64,000 bases of DNA from the human T2T-CHM13v2.0 reference genome, Homo sapiens, in assembly GCF_009914755.1 (NCBI RefSeq), contig NC_060944.1; one strand, 5' to 3'. The notes under the pieces were generated by a model, which saw only the letters and a program-made list of their open reading frames with translations, searched no databases and was not told where the DNA came from. This document shows positions 28,604 to 42,245 of the stretch, piece by piece. A program made the translations under genes and the position numbers. Position 1 is the stretch's first letter, and the number at the start of each line of letters is the position of its first letter.

Positions 28604-31600
28604 GTAAGAAGTGACAGTATTTTAAGATAAAGGAACAAATCCCTTATGCTGATACATCCTTTCCTAGTTGCTATGATGTTTCCTTGGGCCATGATCCCCT
28701 AGATTCCAGTGTGGATGTAGCCTATCAGAAAGGCACAGAATGAGGGAGATGCTGTATTTAAGTTGCCAGATAGCCATGAAGACACCTTCACCCTCCTTCC
28801 CAGCCCAAGCCACCTCTGTAGTCTGGTCTGGGAAGCAGAGAATAATAGAATTTCCAAGTCTGTGCTCTCAAGAAATCACAGAAGATTGTATCACTTTAAG
28901 CAAATTAGAGCAATTCTTAATATACAAAGGAATTATCTACATAAAACTTTATTTGTAATTATTTTTGTGCCTATAAATTACATCTAATCTTGAGATTCTG
29001 TTCTAACTTTAGCCACATATATGACTTTTAAAAATATGTACGCATATAGGTGTATCATTTTTAGAAATTGTTCTATTTAAAGTCAAGCACTAAAATTTAT
29101 GAAAAAATAGGAAAGCCCTTTAACAAAGGGAAATATCAAGTCCAATAATATAAATACAGAAGCTTTTTTATATTCCTGCCTGGATTGAGCATCCATTTGC
29201 CAGGCAGGGTTAATGAATCCCAAACTATTTTTAAATGGGTAAAATGGGGCAAATAGCAATAATGGAATCAAAAGGGCACTTGCAATCATAAACCTCACTC
29301 ATTCCAATTTGGTAGAGCAGCAGTCGGCCAGGCAAAATAAATGGATTAATTGAACTTGCCCAATGGGAGAGATGAAGTGGAAAAAGAATGGGTTGGACTA
29401 TACTTATCTTAACCTAATAAGACAAGCCTAATAGTTTTTATTCAGCGAGATGCTGTTTTAGCTGTGCTTTGAACTGCTTATCAGTATATAAATTCATGTG
29501 TGATTATCGTTTTTAGAGATCTTGGGCTTTCTCTGGCAGAATGATTAAATGAGCCTACTCCCCTCATGCTATCATAAATTTCATATGCAACAACTTGAAA
29601 GGGAAGAAAAGATAAATTTTACAAAGGATAAAAGGAAAGGCAGCCGCCTCTCACACTCTAGGAGCCAATGTCCTCCTTCTCTTATTTCTGTAGCTTCAGC
29701 TTCTCACCTAGGAATGAGATATGGCTAAATGTGAATTGCCACTGGAGGAGTGGGAAGGAGGTGGCAAGCATGCACTCCCTAGGAAGCCGGGGAAGTGGGT
29801 GGGGCGGGGGGTGGGAGGGTGGGGCGAACGTAACAAAATCTGTTATCCCCCAAAATGATAATTCGAGCCTGCAATGTGGCACAAACGGGACACACCGGAA
29901 GGCAGCCCTAGCAAAGCAGGTCCTCAGTATAGGGAAGCAGCGTTCTGTCTAAGTGAAGAGCAATATTTTATCTGCACTGTCCAGGGAATGCTGCTGCTCA
30001 TGCAGAAATACTTGAGGATGAAGAAGGAGGTAGATATTCTAAATCTACGAGTACAGGCAAGACTCTTAGCATGGACTTATTCTCTCTCAAGTTTTCAGGA
30101 GGAAGAAAAATGAAAGAAGCCCATCTTAGTAATATGCCTACATGAGCTCTGAAGTTAACCTGAAGGGAGCCTAGAAATCAACTGAGATATTTATTTGATT
30201 GTATATTATTACATTATTATCATAATACATCCTTATGGCTTTCAACCATAGCCTCCAATCCCATTTTTCTTTTTTTGGTTACGTGTGTGCACATCTGATA
30301 TAAGTTTCCAAAATATCAGAACCGTCACTAATTTGCCTGCCTGTGCAATGTTGAAATGCTGCCTAGACTGTGGAAAGGAGCAAAACAAATGAATCAGAAC
30401 GCACACCTTGAACTGATCCCTTACACATCAGAGTCTGAGACATGGTCACTTTTTCATGTATCGTCTTAAACTGCAAGCCATGTCGTCCAGTCTTCAAAAA
30501 TGAGTATCTGCTCTAATTTATTCTGGGGGAAAATCTCTCAAAAGCTTATTGATTGAAGTAGGATTCTCGAATCATATGTTTTTGTTTCTCCTAAAGCATT
30601 TTTCAATCAAGCATGCAGCTATATCTTAGAACAAGGAGCAAAAGAGATGGAAGCTATCTCCTGCCTCTAATAAATGAGAGGAGGCTATTAGACTTTCCAT
30701 GCTTAGGAAATTGTGAGCAAAGTGTTATTAGAGTAGATTGATTTGCTCTTACTTCCTCCTGGGTTATTTTCTATTTATGGTCAAACATCCTGATGTCTAG
30801 GACATTTGCTGTTTAGATGATATTCTGCTTTTCAATCAAAAAGGACGTTCTCTAAAGAGAATCTGCATTAAATATTCATCAAGGACAGAAATCATTTGGA
30901 AAACCTGAGGATTGAAGTACCAGGATCTTACTCATGATCCCAAGGTTTGACAGCGCCATATAATCTGAATTGAGCTGAATCCTTATTGAAATTCAGTCTC
31001 AAAGACAGGAAAGGTTACTAAACTTGTGAAGTCTCCCTAAGGCAAACAATCTCTCAGCGGAATATACAACTTTACACCATCCTTAACAGACTCCAGGGTG
31101 TAGCCGTGGTTAGGGGTGGGGCCTTGCTTTTTAATAGTCATCATTATCAGCATCTCAAGGATAGTGTAAAACTACACAGAGGTGAGTGGAGAAAGTTCAG
31201 AAAAAATGAATGCCATAGATAGGTAAAAAGGTTAGAAATCATGTAGCACTTGGTTCTCAGCCTGGAGTTAGGAACTCTCTTTTGGTGAATGCATTTCAAC
31301 AAATATTCACAGAATGCCTAACTCCGGGATAGGAAGGGAGATGTAAATTGGTATCTTGCTGGGAAACAGATATGTAAGTAGCTCTGCAAATTCAAGGCCA
31401 TATTTGCCTTAGGTGCATAGGGGAGGGAACAACTGATTCTGGTAAGAGACTCATTAAGGTATCCTCGAGGAGGTAGTATTTAATTCCAGGAAAAAAAGTT
31501 AACTCTGCTAATGCTAAATTCAGGAAATGGAGTCTGCACATCAATGCCTTGGGCTATGTAAATTAAGCCCAGGAAAAGCCCCACAGCCTTAGGGCAGGCC

Positions 31601-33010
31601 AATTCAGAGACACCACATAACTTCCATGGAGTGGTTATTGCACAACTAATATTTCAAGAATGTTTTAGCATCCTTCTTTTTATGCCAACTTATCTTTCAA
31701 GACTTTCAAGACACTTTGGCCATGCAAAGAGAATAAGCATTCTAAAGTGGTGTATGCCAAACTTTCCCCTAAAAATGAAAAAAATCAGGTTGAGCAGTCC
31801 TTTTCAGATATGCAGATGTGGGGTCTTTTGGAGAGAGTGCCTGGAGTGTTCTAGTTTTAGTTCAGATGTTTTAGACTTTGGGAAAAGCATCTCAGAACGG
31901 CAAAAGAAAGATTTGAAACGTTCTATAAAGATTGTCTTAGTTCATCTGGAAAAATTTTTTTAAAAATTAAAATAGAGAAATAAAAGAGAACAGAAAGAAA
32001 TGGAAAAGAAAAAGTAATCCTTTGTATCTTCAACTCCCCTGTTTTTAGGTAGGCGATTTTCCCAGCAATCTCAAACAGAAACTAAGAATTGAGCTTAGAT
32101 AAAAATAGAACCACCTCCTCACACTCCTAGCTACTAAAACATAATACTATTTAAGGAATAAGAGAAAGTAATATTCTGCCTCCCTGAAATCATGTCTCTA
32201 TCCCTGCCCATCTCCTTAAGCTTCTAGGTCCCCACAAAAGCAACCTAGTTATTTTTGATAGAAGCTGTCAGCAAAAGAGTGGAGCCAAACGCAAGTTCTA
32301 ACATGTACCGAGGTGAAATGTGCCAGATACTCTGCTTAGAGCTATCATTGTCATCATCATCAAATGTACATTACCTAATTTAATCTTTGTTAGCTTCCTT
32401 CTACTACTACTTTGATCTCTGTTTTACTGTAGAGGAACTTGAGGTACACAGTGGTTAAGTAGCTTGCTTGAGACACACAGGTATAAACGGCAGAGATGAA
32501 GTTAAAACCCAGGTCTACCTGATTTCAGAGTGTAAGTTCTTACGCATCACACTTCTCTTCCACCAGCATCTCTTACAATCATTATTTTTCTTTGAGAATT
32601 CCACAAAAAGAAAGGATCTAAGGAAACAAAGCAGCTCATTCTAAATGGATTGAGATTCTACTCAATGTCTTATTTCCTGAACTCACGGAGGCGTCAGCTT
32701 CCCATAGAGGTGAACCTTGAGAGGCTGGACCCTCTGAGGCTCATTTTACTCTCATAACTACTGTGAGAAATTATGAGGGAGCAGTTACTCTCCCCATTTG
32801 ACAGCTGGGAAGCTGAGACACAGAACAGGTGACCTTAGAGCACTAGCATTATGAAGATAGGTCTAGAATTCAGAAGTAATGACTCCCAGATCCTGGTTCT
32901 GCCCACCTGACCAAATTGTCTCACAAACAAAGGAACACATTTGAGAGGTCATGCATTTGTCTACCCGTTATCCTTAGTGCCTAGAGCAGAGTAGAGGCTC
33001 AATAAACACT

Positions 33011-33114
33011 AGGAAGGAAGGAGGGAAGGAAGGAAGGATGGAAGGAAGGAAGGAAGGAAGGAAGGAAGGAAGGAAGGAAGGAAGGAAGGAAGGAAGGGAA
33101 AGGAAGGAAGGAAA
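33011..33114. repeat. (GGAA)n microsatellite at an L2-like 3' end; 14 uninterrupted units at 33040-33095
   Basis: Direct observation; preceded by tagtgcctagagcagagtagaggctcaataaa. Confidence 0.95.
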
Positions 33115-33804
33115 GTAAAAAGGAGCCTGTGAGTGATTAACCAACCACTCAATCTTTTCAATCTTACTCGGCATCCCTATCCTTATCTTAAACGTGGAGA
33201 AACATTCTGGAAGGTCAGATGTCTCTTCCAGGGTCTCGTGACTGGTTGCTGGCTGAGCTAAGAGCACAACCCAGTGTTCGTGACTCCCACATCAGTGCTC
33301 TCTGCTTCTGTTCTCCCAAACTGGGGCAACCTAAAAAACTCTTGCTCCCTCAAATTAGTTGCGTGAATCATTCTAGTGTTAAAACATTCAGCACCAAATT
33401 GGACAAATGTGCAATTATACTTGCAGGGCTCCACATAAAAATAAATGGGTATAATAGAATATCAAGAAAGTGTAAACAGATGAGGGCTGGACTGACCAAA
33501 CTAAAATCACTAACCTTTTTCCCATCCACTGTCCCCAGTAGAATGGAGCGAAGATTTCATGTGTGGCCTGATTGGGCCCTCGAGGAGAAAGTGCTCTCCG
33601 AGATGCCTCTGCCCTCAGCAGAACCTGCATTGTCACATCCCTATGCCCGAATAGCCATCTGCCTTTTATAATTTCATCTCACAAGAAATGGAGAAAGAAT
33701 GCAGAAAAGAGCAAATAAATCATTAAAATACAGGCTAGTACAGACAAAAGCCTGTTTACAACCCATTTAAAGAAAATATTTTGAAATGTCTTTTGTGGTC
33801 TAGA

Positions 33805-33975
33805 ATCTTGCTACTCAATGTATGTCCCTGAACCAGCTCAATATGTCAGGGAGCTTGTTAGAAATGAAAAGCCCAGGCTCTACCCTAGCCCTACTGAATC
33901 AGAATCTACATTTTACAAGATGATTCATGTGCAGAGGATTCATATGCACATTCCAGTTTGAAAAGTAGTGGTCTA
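33805..33975. mobile_element. MER5-type MITE
   Basis: gggagcttgttagaaatg...ctactgaatcagaatctacattttacaag. Confidence 0.7.
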
Positions 33976-35592
33976 GAAGCTTCAGATACTCGATAATGAT
34001 GATATTTTTAGTTTGCCTAGATAGGCTGCTATAGATGCATTTTCTGAATATATTTATTTTAGAAACACTTATTTTAGAAACACTCCATTCTAGCACATTC
34101 CACATATTAATTTGTTTAACGCACATACTTCCTCAATGAGGTATTAACTGTTGTCATTGCTGTCTTACAAAGGAGAACGGAGGCACAGAACAGTCAGGAC
34201 ACTTGCCTGAGGCCCCACAGTTAGGGAATGAAATCACCAGCATTCCAGCCCAGAGTCTGTCTCCACAGTCTGCGCTGTCAAGGACTCCTGAGGCCACCCT
34301 GGGCCAGCCCTGTCCATACTACATCCTGACTTTGCCACTAAAGCCTATCAAAGTGTGCTCAAAGGCAAGGTAGGCTTTTGTGTCCTGGAGATTTAACTGC
34401 ACACGTTCTCTAAAATGGTGAGTTTATAAAAGCTCACAGAAATCATTTTCAGCATTTTATTTTTCAGAAGCACTATTGAAATTTAATTGTTAAAATACTA
34501 TTTTTTTAAAAGCACTTTGTTGGCCTCCACTAGTATCTCTCTCTTTCTTTCTTAGTTCAAAGTACATCAGTGGAAAATAAGCACCATGAGAGAGGTCCTA
34601 GCTTAGAATTTCTTCTGGGGGTACCATGAGCTTTACTTGAAAAACCAATTCATCCAAACTATAAGCAATGCCATTTTATACCCATTAACAGTCGCCCTGT
34701 AAAATGGAAGGCATTAACTGATTAGGCTTTCTAGAAATGAGGATTCTTAAGTATGAGTGATACAGATATCTTTGTTCCTTCTGTCCTGACCACCAACTCC
34801 TGCCCATGGTTCAGGTGGTATTTGGTTTATTTGAACAGTAAGGAGATGAGGGATGCCTTTTAAAGACTTCCCCGGCACAGAAGAATTTCTGTAAAGCTTG
34901 TAAAGGAATTATTTTCTCACACTAGATTATTATGCAGAATGTTAGATTTCAGAATTAAGAGCCCTTATTTCTCATCTCAAACCCATTCTAAATACTGTAG
35001 ACCCTCTCCATAGAGATAGAAAAATGGAGAGAGAGTGAGTTTCCTTTTGAGCTGTGTTTCCCAACCTTTGTAAAGCCATGCTCTCTTCTGATGAACCTGA
35101 AAACCTCAACCCCCACCACCAAGATTCTTGCACATCTTCCCATGGGGCATCCCTCCCCAATTTCACTGATGAAGACTTTCTGATAGATAGTGCCAAAGAA
35201 GAAAATTTAGACTAGAAGATTTCCAAAGGTTTGCTTTCTGTGATTGGTGTTATAAAAACTGTAGACACGTTTATTTCCAAACATAAAATTACAGTATAAT
35301 ATGAAGTATGTGTATTCTGATTTCATGCAGGCCCCACCCCAGCCCTACCCCATGGAGACAGTGCTCCATTTCCTCATTCTGCCTAAAGCATCACTGGTAG
35401 ATCAAGTCCACAGCTGGCCCATTCTTCTATCCCTCCATAACCCCTCAGGGCTCTTGTCATACTTTCTCCCTTTTTTCTTTTGGTCCTTCTTCATTTTCCA
35501 TTTATAGGGCTAATTGTCCCCTTACTGATTTCTCTTTCTCTCTTTTCTCTCTCTAACTCCTTTTCAACTTTGCTACCATTATTGGAATGTAG

Positions 35593-35641
35593 AGTAAAGA
35601 TGCTGGTATCAGGACTTTGGTTATGTTGGATGAACAAGGAG
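35593..35641 (+). CDS. SNAP25: SNAP25 exon 4, aa 39-55 (SKDAGIRTLVMLDEQGE), containing SNARE zero-layer Q53
   Basis: Acceptor tgtAG at 35591-35592; candidate branch point ctaac at 35553-35557; donor GAG|GTAAGT; 49 nt. Confidence 0.99.
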
Positions 35642-36619
35642 GTAAGTTCAGATTTCTTCAGTAAGAACAATTCCTCTTCTGAATAATGTGCATTTTAAAA
35701 TTATTTGTGCATACGCAGATGGTCGCTTTGACATGTGTTACACATGTACACGAATGTGAGGGTTCTAGATTTTTCATCTTGCTTTTTTTCTTTCTCTGTT
35801 GAAAAGATTGGTAAATGTATGGAAATGTTGAGGCCTTCTTCATGAGTGAATCAATGATACCACTATCTCTGTTATATATGTTGGGGTAACTGAATTTTGA
35901 AGGCAAAAGCCATTTTTTTTAAATGATAGTATTTTGGACAGTGTAAGAATTTTCTTATTATCTTTGCCCCTAAACTTTCCCAATAAATTTGATTTTCTTC
36001 TAACAATACGTAGATAGAATGAGCGTATGGCATATCATGTTGTCTACTTCTTTTGACCATCCCAACTCAGTATCTAGTAGTTTTGGGTATTTCTTAAATA
36101 CCTGGGAGCTGTTTTTCACAGAATATAACCTGAGGGAAATTATCTGGAAAATACAACATTGAACCAATTGAAATATTTGGCCTGTTTTAAAGATTATTAC
36201 AGAAATGCTAGAAGCAAGGAAAATCAGAGAGCCAGCATTTTAATATAGCATCTCTATACCTAACATGGAAACTGAAAAGGGTAATACCATCATTTTTCTT
36301 CATCTCAATGTATCTAGCCCTATGGTGAGATTGTACATAATTCTAGCCACTAGTCAGTTACCTGATTCCGTTCTGAATTCTTATCATAATAAACAGATTT
36401 CTGCAAAGTTTTTTTCTTTTTATTCATATTTTGTAAAAGCATTAGAAAATTTTTTGGAGTCATGACTATTTTTTTTATGGCAAAGATAAAAATGTACAAT
36501 GTATTCACAACACAGGAAACCTTAAATAAACTCTAAGCATAAATCTTAAGCTGTGGGGGGGAACGTGCCTGACAGATAACAGAGAGAAGGGACTTCTCCT
36601 AAAATTCAGAGAGCCCTTG

Positions 36620-37110
36620 CATATCAAAGAAAAGGGCAGCAACCTAAAGGAAAAATGGATGTAAAATAAGACGTCATCACAGATGTATGAAACCATGCTC
36701 TAATCACCAACAATGACAAGATACCACTTTTTAGAGCAGACTGGCATAAATTTTAAAAAATGATAATAACCAGTGTTGTGAATATGTTGGGAAAACAGAA
36801 ACTCCTATTCCACAGTTAGGCACTGTAACCTGATACAAATGTCTTAAAGAATAATTTGAAAATATCTTCACATTTTAAAGGGCACTCATCTTTGACCAAG
36901 ACACTCCACTCCTAGAATTTTACAGTGCAGATATACATTTACAGTTATATGAAGTAAAATGCATGTGGCTTACTCATAATAGTGTAAGACTAGAAACAAC
37001 TTAAGTATCTGTCGGTGGGGAGACCAACCCAATTAATTGTGGTACGGCCATAAAAGAATTGTTCTGCCACCAATATAATACATGAGGTAGATCTTTATTT
37101 ACTGACTTCT
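36620..37110 (+). mobile_element. Old L1ME 3' fragment
   Basis: agataccactttt...ctttgaccaagacactccactcctagaattt...agactagaaacaacttaagtatct. Confidence 0.6.
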
Positions 37111-37149
37111 GTGGAGTTGGGGTGGGAGCAAGAAGGGACTGGAGGAAGA

Positions 37150-37530
37150 TGCCTCATTTGGGGTCCCCTGGGGAGCAAATGCCAGGAAGCAATTAGAAGC
37201 AAAAGAGATTTGTTGGGGAAATGTCTGTGATAGGTCAAGGGGAGAGCTGCCGGGAGCAGGCAGAGGCAGCCTTCAGACTATGAAGCAGGTCTGATGCCTA
37301 TAAAAGTAGATGGGTACTGCTCTGAGAAGCCCTCGGCCAGGCCAATGGGGAGCCCGAGAGCAAAGATTGCTGATTAGAGGAGCCCTGTGTTGGGCAGAAA
37401 TGTTCTAGCACTAGTAGCCCATTGTGCTCAGCCATTGGCTTGAAGCATCCCAGGAAGAGCCTGGCCTCAATGTAAACACTGTGGCAGCCTGCATAGGTGC
37501 ACAGCTGGAGGCATCTGGCTGTCACATAAA
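37150..37530 (-). mobile_element. ERVL-class LTR (LTR33/LTR16-like)
   Basis: gcagccttcagactatgaagcaggtctgatgcct...gaggagccctgtgttgggcagaaatg. Confidence 0.5.
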
Positions 37531-37935
37531 GGCTTTCGGTTTTACATTATTTATTTGTATTAAACTTTTTCAATAAATATATACCAATTGATCCAAAAAA
37601 TGGAGAAAAAAGTTTGAAAAAAAAGTTGAACATAAACCCCAACATTTTTCCTTCAATTTTCACAATACAAATTGTCAAAAGTTGTACACAAATAACAAAG
37701 TCTACTAGAGTTCCATGTTGAAGATACTGCAGTAGCAATGGAAGTCTTAAGAACTCCCCCAATGGGTTTGTTATTATTACGTGACTTGTTGGCTGGATCT
37801 GTGTAACAATGTCCCAGGCTTTGAAACTGAGGATGCAGCAAGTCATTGCTTTTAAAAAAAATAACTAAACAACAGGTGCCCAATAGAAGAGTGGTACCTG
37901 ATTTCCGGTGCAAAATTGAAACCTATACACTCAAA

Positions 37936-39064
37936 CCTAGGCATTACCATTCAGGACATAGGCATGGGCAAGGACTTCATGTCCAAAACACCAAAAGCAA
38001 GGCAACAAAAGCCAAAATTGACAAATGGGATCTCATTAAACTAAAGAGCTTCTGCACAGCAAAAGAAACTACCATCAGAGTGAACAGGCAACCTACAAAA
38101 TGGGAGAAAATTTTTGCAACCTACTCATCTGACAAAGGGCTAATATCCAGAATCTACAATGAACTCAAACAAATTTACAAGAAAAAAACAAATAACCCCA
38201 TCAAAAAGTGGGTGAAGGACATGAACAGACACTTCTCAAAAGAAGACATTTATGCAGCCAAAAAACACATGAAAAAATGCTCACCATCACTGGCTATCAG
38301 AGAAATGCAAATCAAAACCACAATGAGATACCATCTCACACCAGTTAGAATGGCGATCATTAAAAGGTCAGGAAACAACAGGTGCTGGAGAGGATGTGGA
38401 GAAATAGGAACACTTTTACACTGTTGGTGGGACTGTAAACTAGTTCAACCATTGTGGAAGTCAGTGTGGCGATTCCTCAGGGATCTAGAACTAGAAATAC
38501 CATTTGACCCAGCCGTCCCATTACTGGGTATATACCCAAAGGACTATAAATCATGCTGCTATAAAGACACATGCACACATATGTTTATTGCAGCACTATT
38601 CACAATAGCAAAGACTTGGAACCAACCCAAATGTCCAACAATGATAGACTGGATTAAGAAAATGTGGCACATATACACCATGGAATACTATGCAGCCATA
38701 AAAAATGATGAGTTCGTGTCCTTTGTAGGGACATGGATGAAATTGGAAATCATCATTCTCAGTAAACTATTGCAAGACCAAAAAATCAAACACCGCATAT
38801 TCTCACTCATAGATGGGAATTGAACAATGAGAACACATGGACACAGGAAGGGGAACATCACACTCTGGGGACTCTTGTGGGGTGGGGGGAGAGGGGAGGG
38901 ATAGCTTTAGGAGATATACCTAATGCTAAATGATGAGTTAATGGGTGCAACACACCAGCATGGCACATGTATACATATGTAACTAACCTGCACATTGTGC
39001 ACATGTACCCTAAAACTTAAAGTATAATAATAATAAAATAAAAAAATTTAAAAAATAAATAAAT
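37936..39064 (+). mobile_element. 5'-truncated L1PA (probably L1PA3), about 1.13 kb: ORF2 C-terminus, 3'UTR and A-rich tail
   Basis: ORF 37846-38823 matches ORF2p from [18 protein letters not shown] through the zinc knuckle [18 protein letters not shown] to [10 protein letters not shown]; 3'UTR ggagatatacctaatgctaaatga; TSD aaac(c/a)tatacactcaaa at 37919-37935 and 39065-39081. Confidence 0.95.
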
Positions 39065-41851
39065 AAACATATACACTCAAATAATTAGCAGTTTCACCTT
39101 ATTTATTTTTTAAGTTAATAATTTGTAACTTCATGTGGGTGGAAAAAGAGACATTACAATGGAGGGTAGACTTAGGAAAGATTTAGAATAGAGCCTTTTC
39201 CCCCCGAACAATAAAGCAGTGACATAAAGACATGGAAAATAATATATACAAACCTGGAATGAAAAAGAGAAAACATGAATAACAGGCTTACATGAGTGAT
39301 AAATTGCATTGTACTTTGATGAAGAAAATCTAGAGATATAATTTGCTGAAATCTTCATAAAAATGCAAAAATATATCTTCTTTAGCACAAATTATCTCCA
39401 GAATCACCTATGTACTATTCTCCGAGAAACAAAGCAGAATAGAATGTCTGTTTGACAGATTTCCCCATGAGACAGTTAATGTTCTCGGCTAAGACATTTC
39501 AATTATAGCCATACCACAGTAAATGCTGAATTCCTCAGTTAAACAAGGATAGACTGGGTTTTACCAGATGTGTGGTGAGTAGATAGACACTGATGAGAAA
39601 CACGCAACTGTAAAACCCCCGAAAGTAGGTGGTTTCTGGCCGGTCTTAAATGGTACACATTTCATTTATAGTATAATAGGAACTTAGGACCTTTTTTTTT
39701 TTTTTAATTAGGCAGTAGAGACACAGAAGGACCTTTCTAATTGACAGATGAGCATGTCAACAGCTATCTTAACTGCCATATAAGTGCATTTTAATTTTGC
39801 CTTTACTTGTTTAGATCAGTAACTGCTTTGAAATTTCTCTTCATTTATGCTCTACTAATTTTGTTTATGCGTGAGCACCAAAAGTGTTGACTATTTCTAC
39901 CTCACAGCAGCACGGGAGCCTCAAGAAACAGCCATTCTTCTAAAGAACCATCTCAACCACTGTTGGGTCAGGCCAGGCCATTCCAGGTTGTCCAGTTAAA
40001 TGATTGCACTAGGAAATTTCCTATGGGATTCTTGCTTTATACCCAGGTATCGGGAGACACCAAGGAGCACTGAGCATGACAACCAGACCTGGAAACGTAC
40101 TGAGCCCTGGGACTTTCATTCCTCTAGAAAATTTGTCACCAAGGGAAGTCCCCAAATGACCCTGGCACTAATGTGGGCTTTTACCTGCATATCTCTTGTT
40201 CCTTTTGCTGGTCTTTGCTGAGTTGTATGTCTGTTTTGATGCTGAAGATGTGACTTTTGGGAAAATCTCCTGGGATCAGCTCCAAACTAAACAGTGAAAT
40301 ATTTGACTACTGTCTGACAGAAGAAAGACAAAGTAAATTCCTGTCCGGAGAGTCAGCTATCTTAAAAGGTTCATGGCACTACAAGGTGGCATCTGAAAAA
40401 CCATCTCTCTAGCTAAAGTCCATTCACCAATATCTGTTATGAATGACTAAGGCTGTACTTAGTCATGATAGCCACATAGGGCTATTTAAATTTAAATAAA
40501 TTTCTATATGTTCATAAATGCTAAGAAAAATGAAATTCATAGAGGCAGCATCTTGTAACTGGATATACTCATGAAGGCTGCATACTAGATTAATAGTATT
40601 AATGCTTACTATTCTTCTACTGATTTTTACTAGATTGAGAATACTAAGGGCCCCATGTTGGCTTACTTAGGAGAGATTAGTAGAAATTTTGTTTTCACCA
40701 GTCATTGGAAAAATATTAATGGAAAACATTAATATAGATCCTTGAGGATTCTGTCATTGGTGGATCTATCACAAATAACCAGTGATCCAATATCATGGCA
40801 AAAGAAAGCCCAAGCTCTGGCCCCAACATATAGTGTCACCTACCTGAAGACCCCCTCCCTACTCAAAATGTTATTCTCCTCCCAGCCCCCAAGAATAAAC
40901 AGAAATGAGCCAGAAAACAAGCTTAGGGAGATCAAAAGCAGTCAACACTGGATGGTGCGTTGCATCAGCCTCAGAGATGCTGCTGTTCATCCCAGAATGA
41001 GATGCTTATAAGCATTTCCTGAGAAGCATCTTCACAGAAATCATTGAAGTGCCATGAAGTCCCAATATGCCAAACATCTCCACAAACATAACTCAGTACA
41101 CTCTAAAAATTAATATTATTGCTAGAATTTCTGCAACAAAATGACTCCACAATATTTTTTAAATTAAAGGTTTGACTTAGAATTCTTATGTAAATATATA
41201 TTCAACTGATATTGGTAGTTATAAAATAGTGTTCTGAATCAACTATTTTCTGAATAGTTTTCTGAATCAAATTCAGCTTCAGAGTTTTCTCTTTTAGTCA
41301 AAACTTTGCCAAATTAAGCTGGTAACCGATGGCAGAGCCCAGCTTTCTGAAATATGGATTTAGACGTGCCTGTTTGTTTTTCCCTTTTTAATATCAATTA
41401 TCTAATTCATAGGTCCAATACCTGTGCACCAATTCACATATATATGTTACCTCCTAATCTCTGGAAGCACAGTGGATGGGTCCCTAATATCTTGTCAGAG
41501 AGTTAATATTTTGGCCAAAAAAAAAAAAAAATTATCAACTCGCTTTGTAACTTAGGAGAAACTCCTCAAGAAAGACAAATAATTGCATATGTGTCCCCAC
41601 GCCATAATCTATGCTTATTTCAGCTGTCATTAGCTGGGGGCAGCATCTCTCCTTCTGAGTCCAGATGCCTCCTCCAATCCATCTCAAGCCTGCATTCCCA
41701 GAGGCCATTAGCAATTACTTGATTGGGATTTGGCATCCCTATTGTCTGTATATATAATGGTTCTTCATCTGATGATGAGTTCCTTTCCCCACACCAGTCC
41801 CTCCACTTGAATATTTACCTTGATCTACAGACTAATTTATTGCATTCTTAA

Positions 41852-42245
<394 letters not shown>

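Noticed and set aside
37846-38823. 325-aa ORF as an independent gene
   Set aside because: It is the L1 ORF2p C-terminus fused to flanking sequence with a non-ATG (TTG) start. There is no promoter, EN or RT domain.
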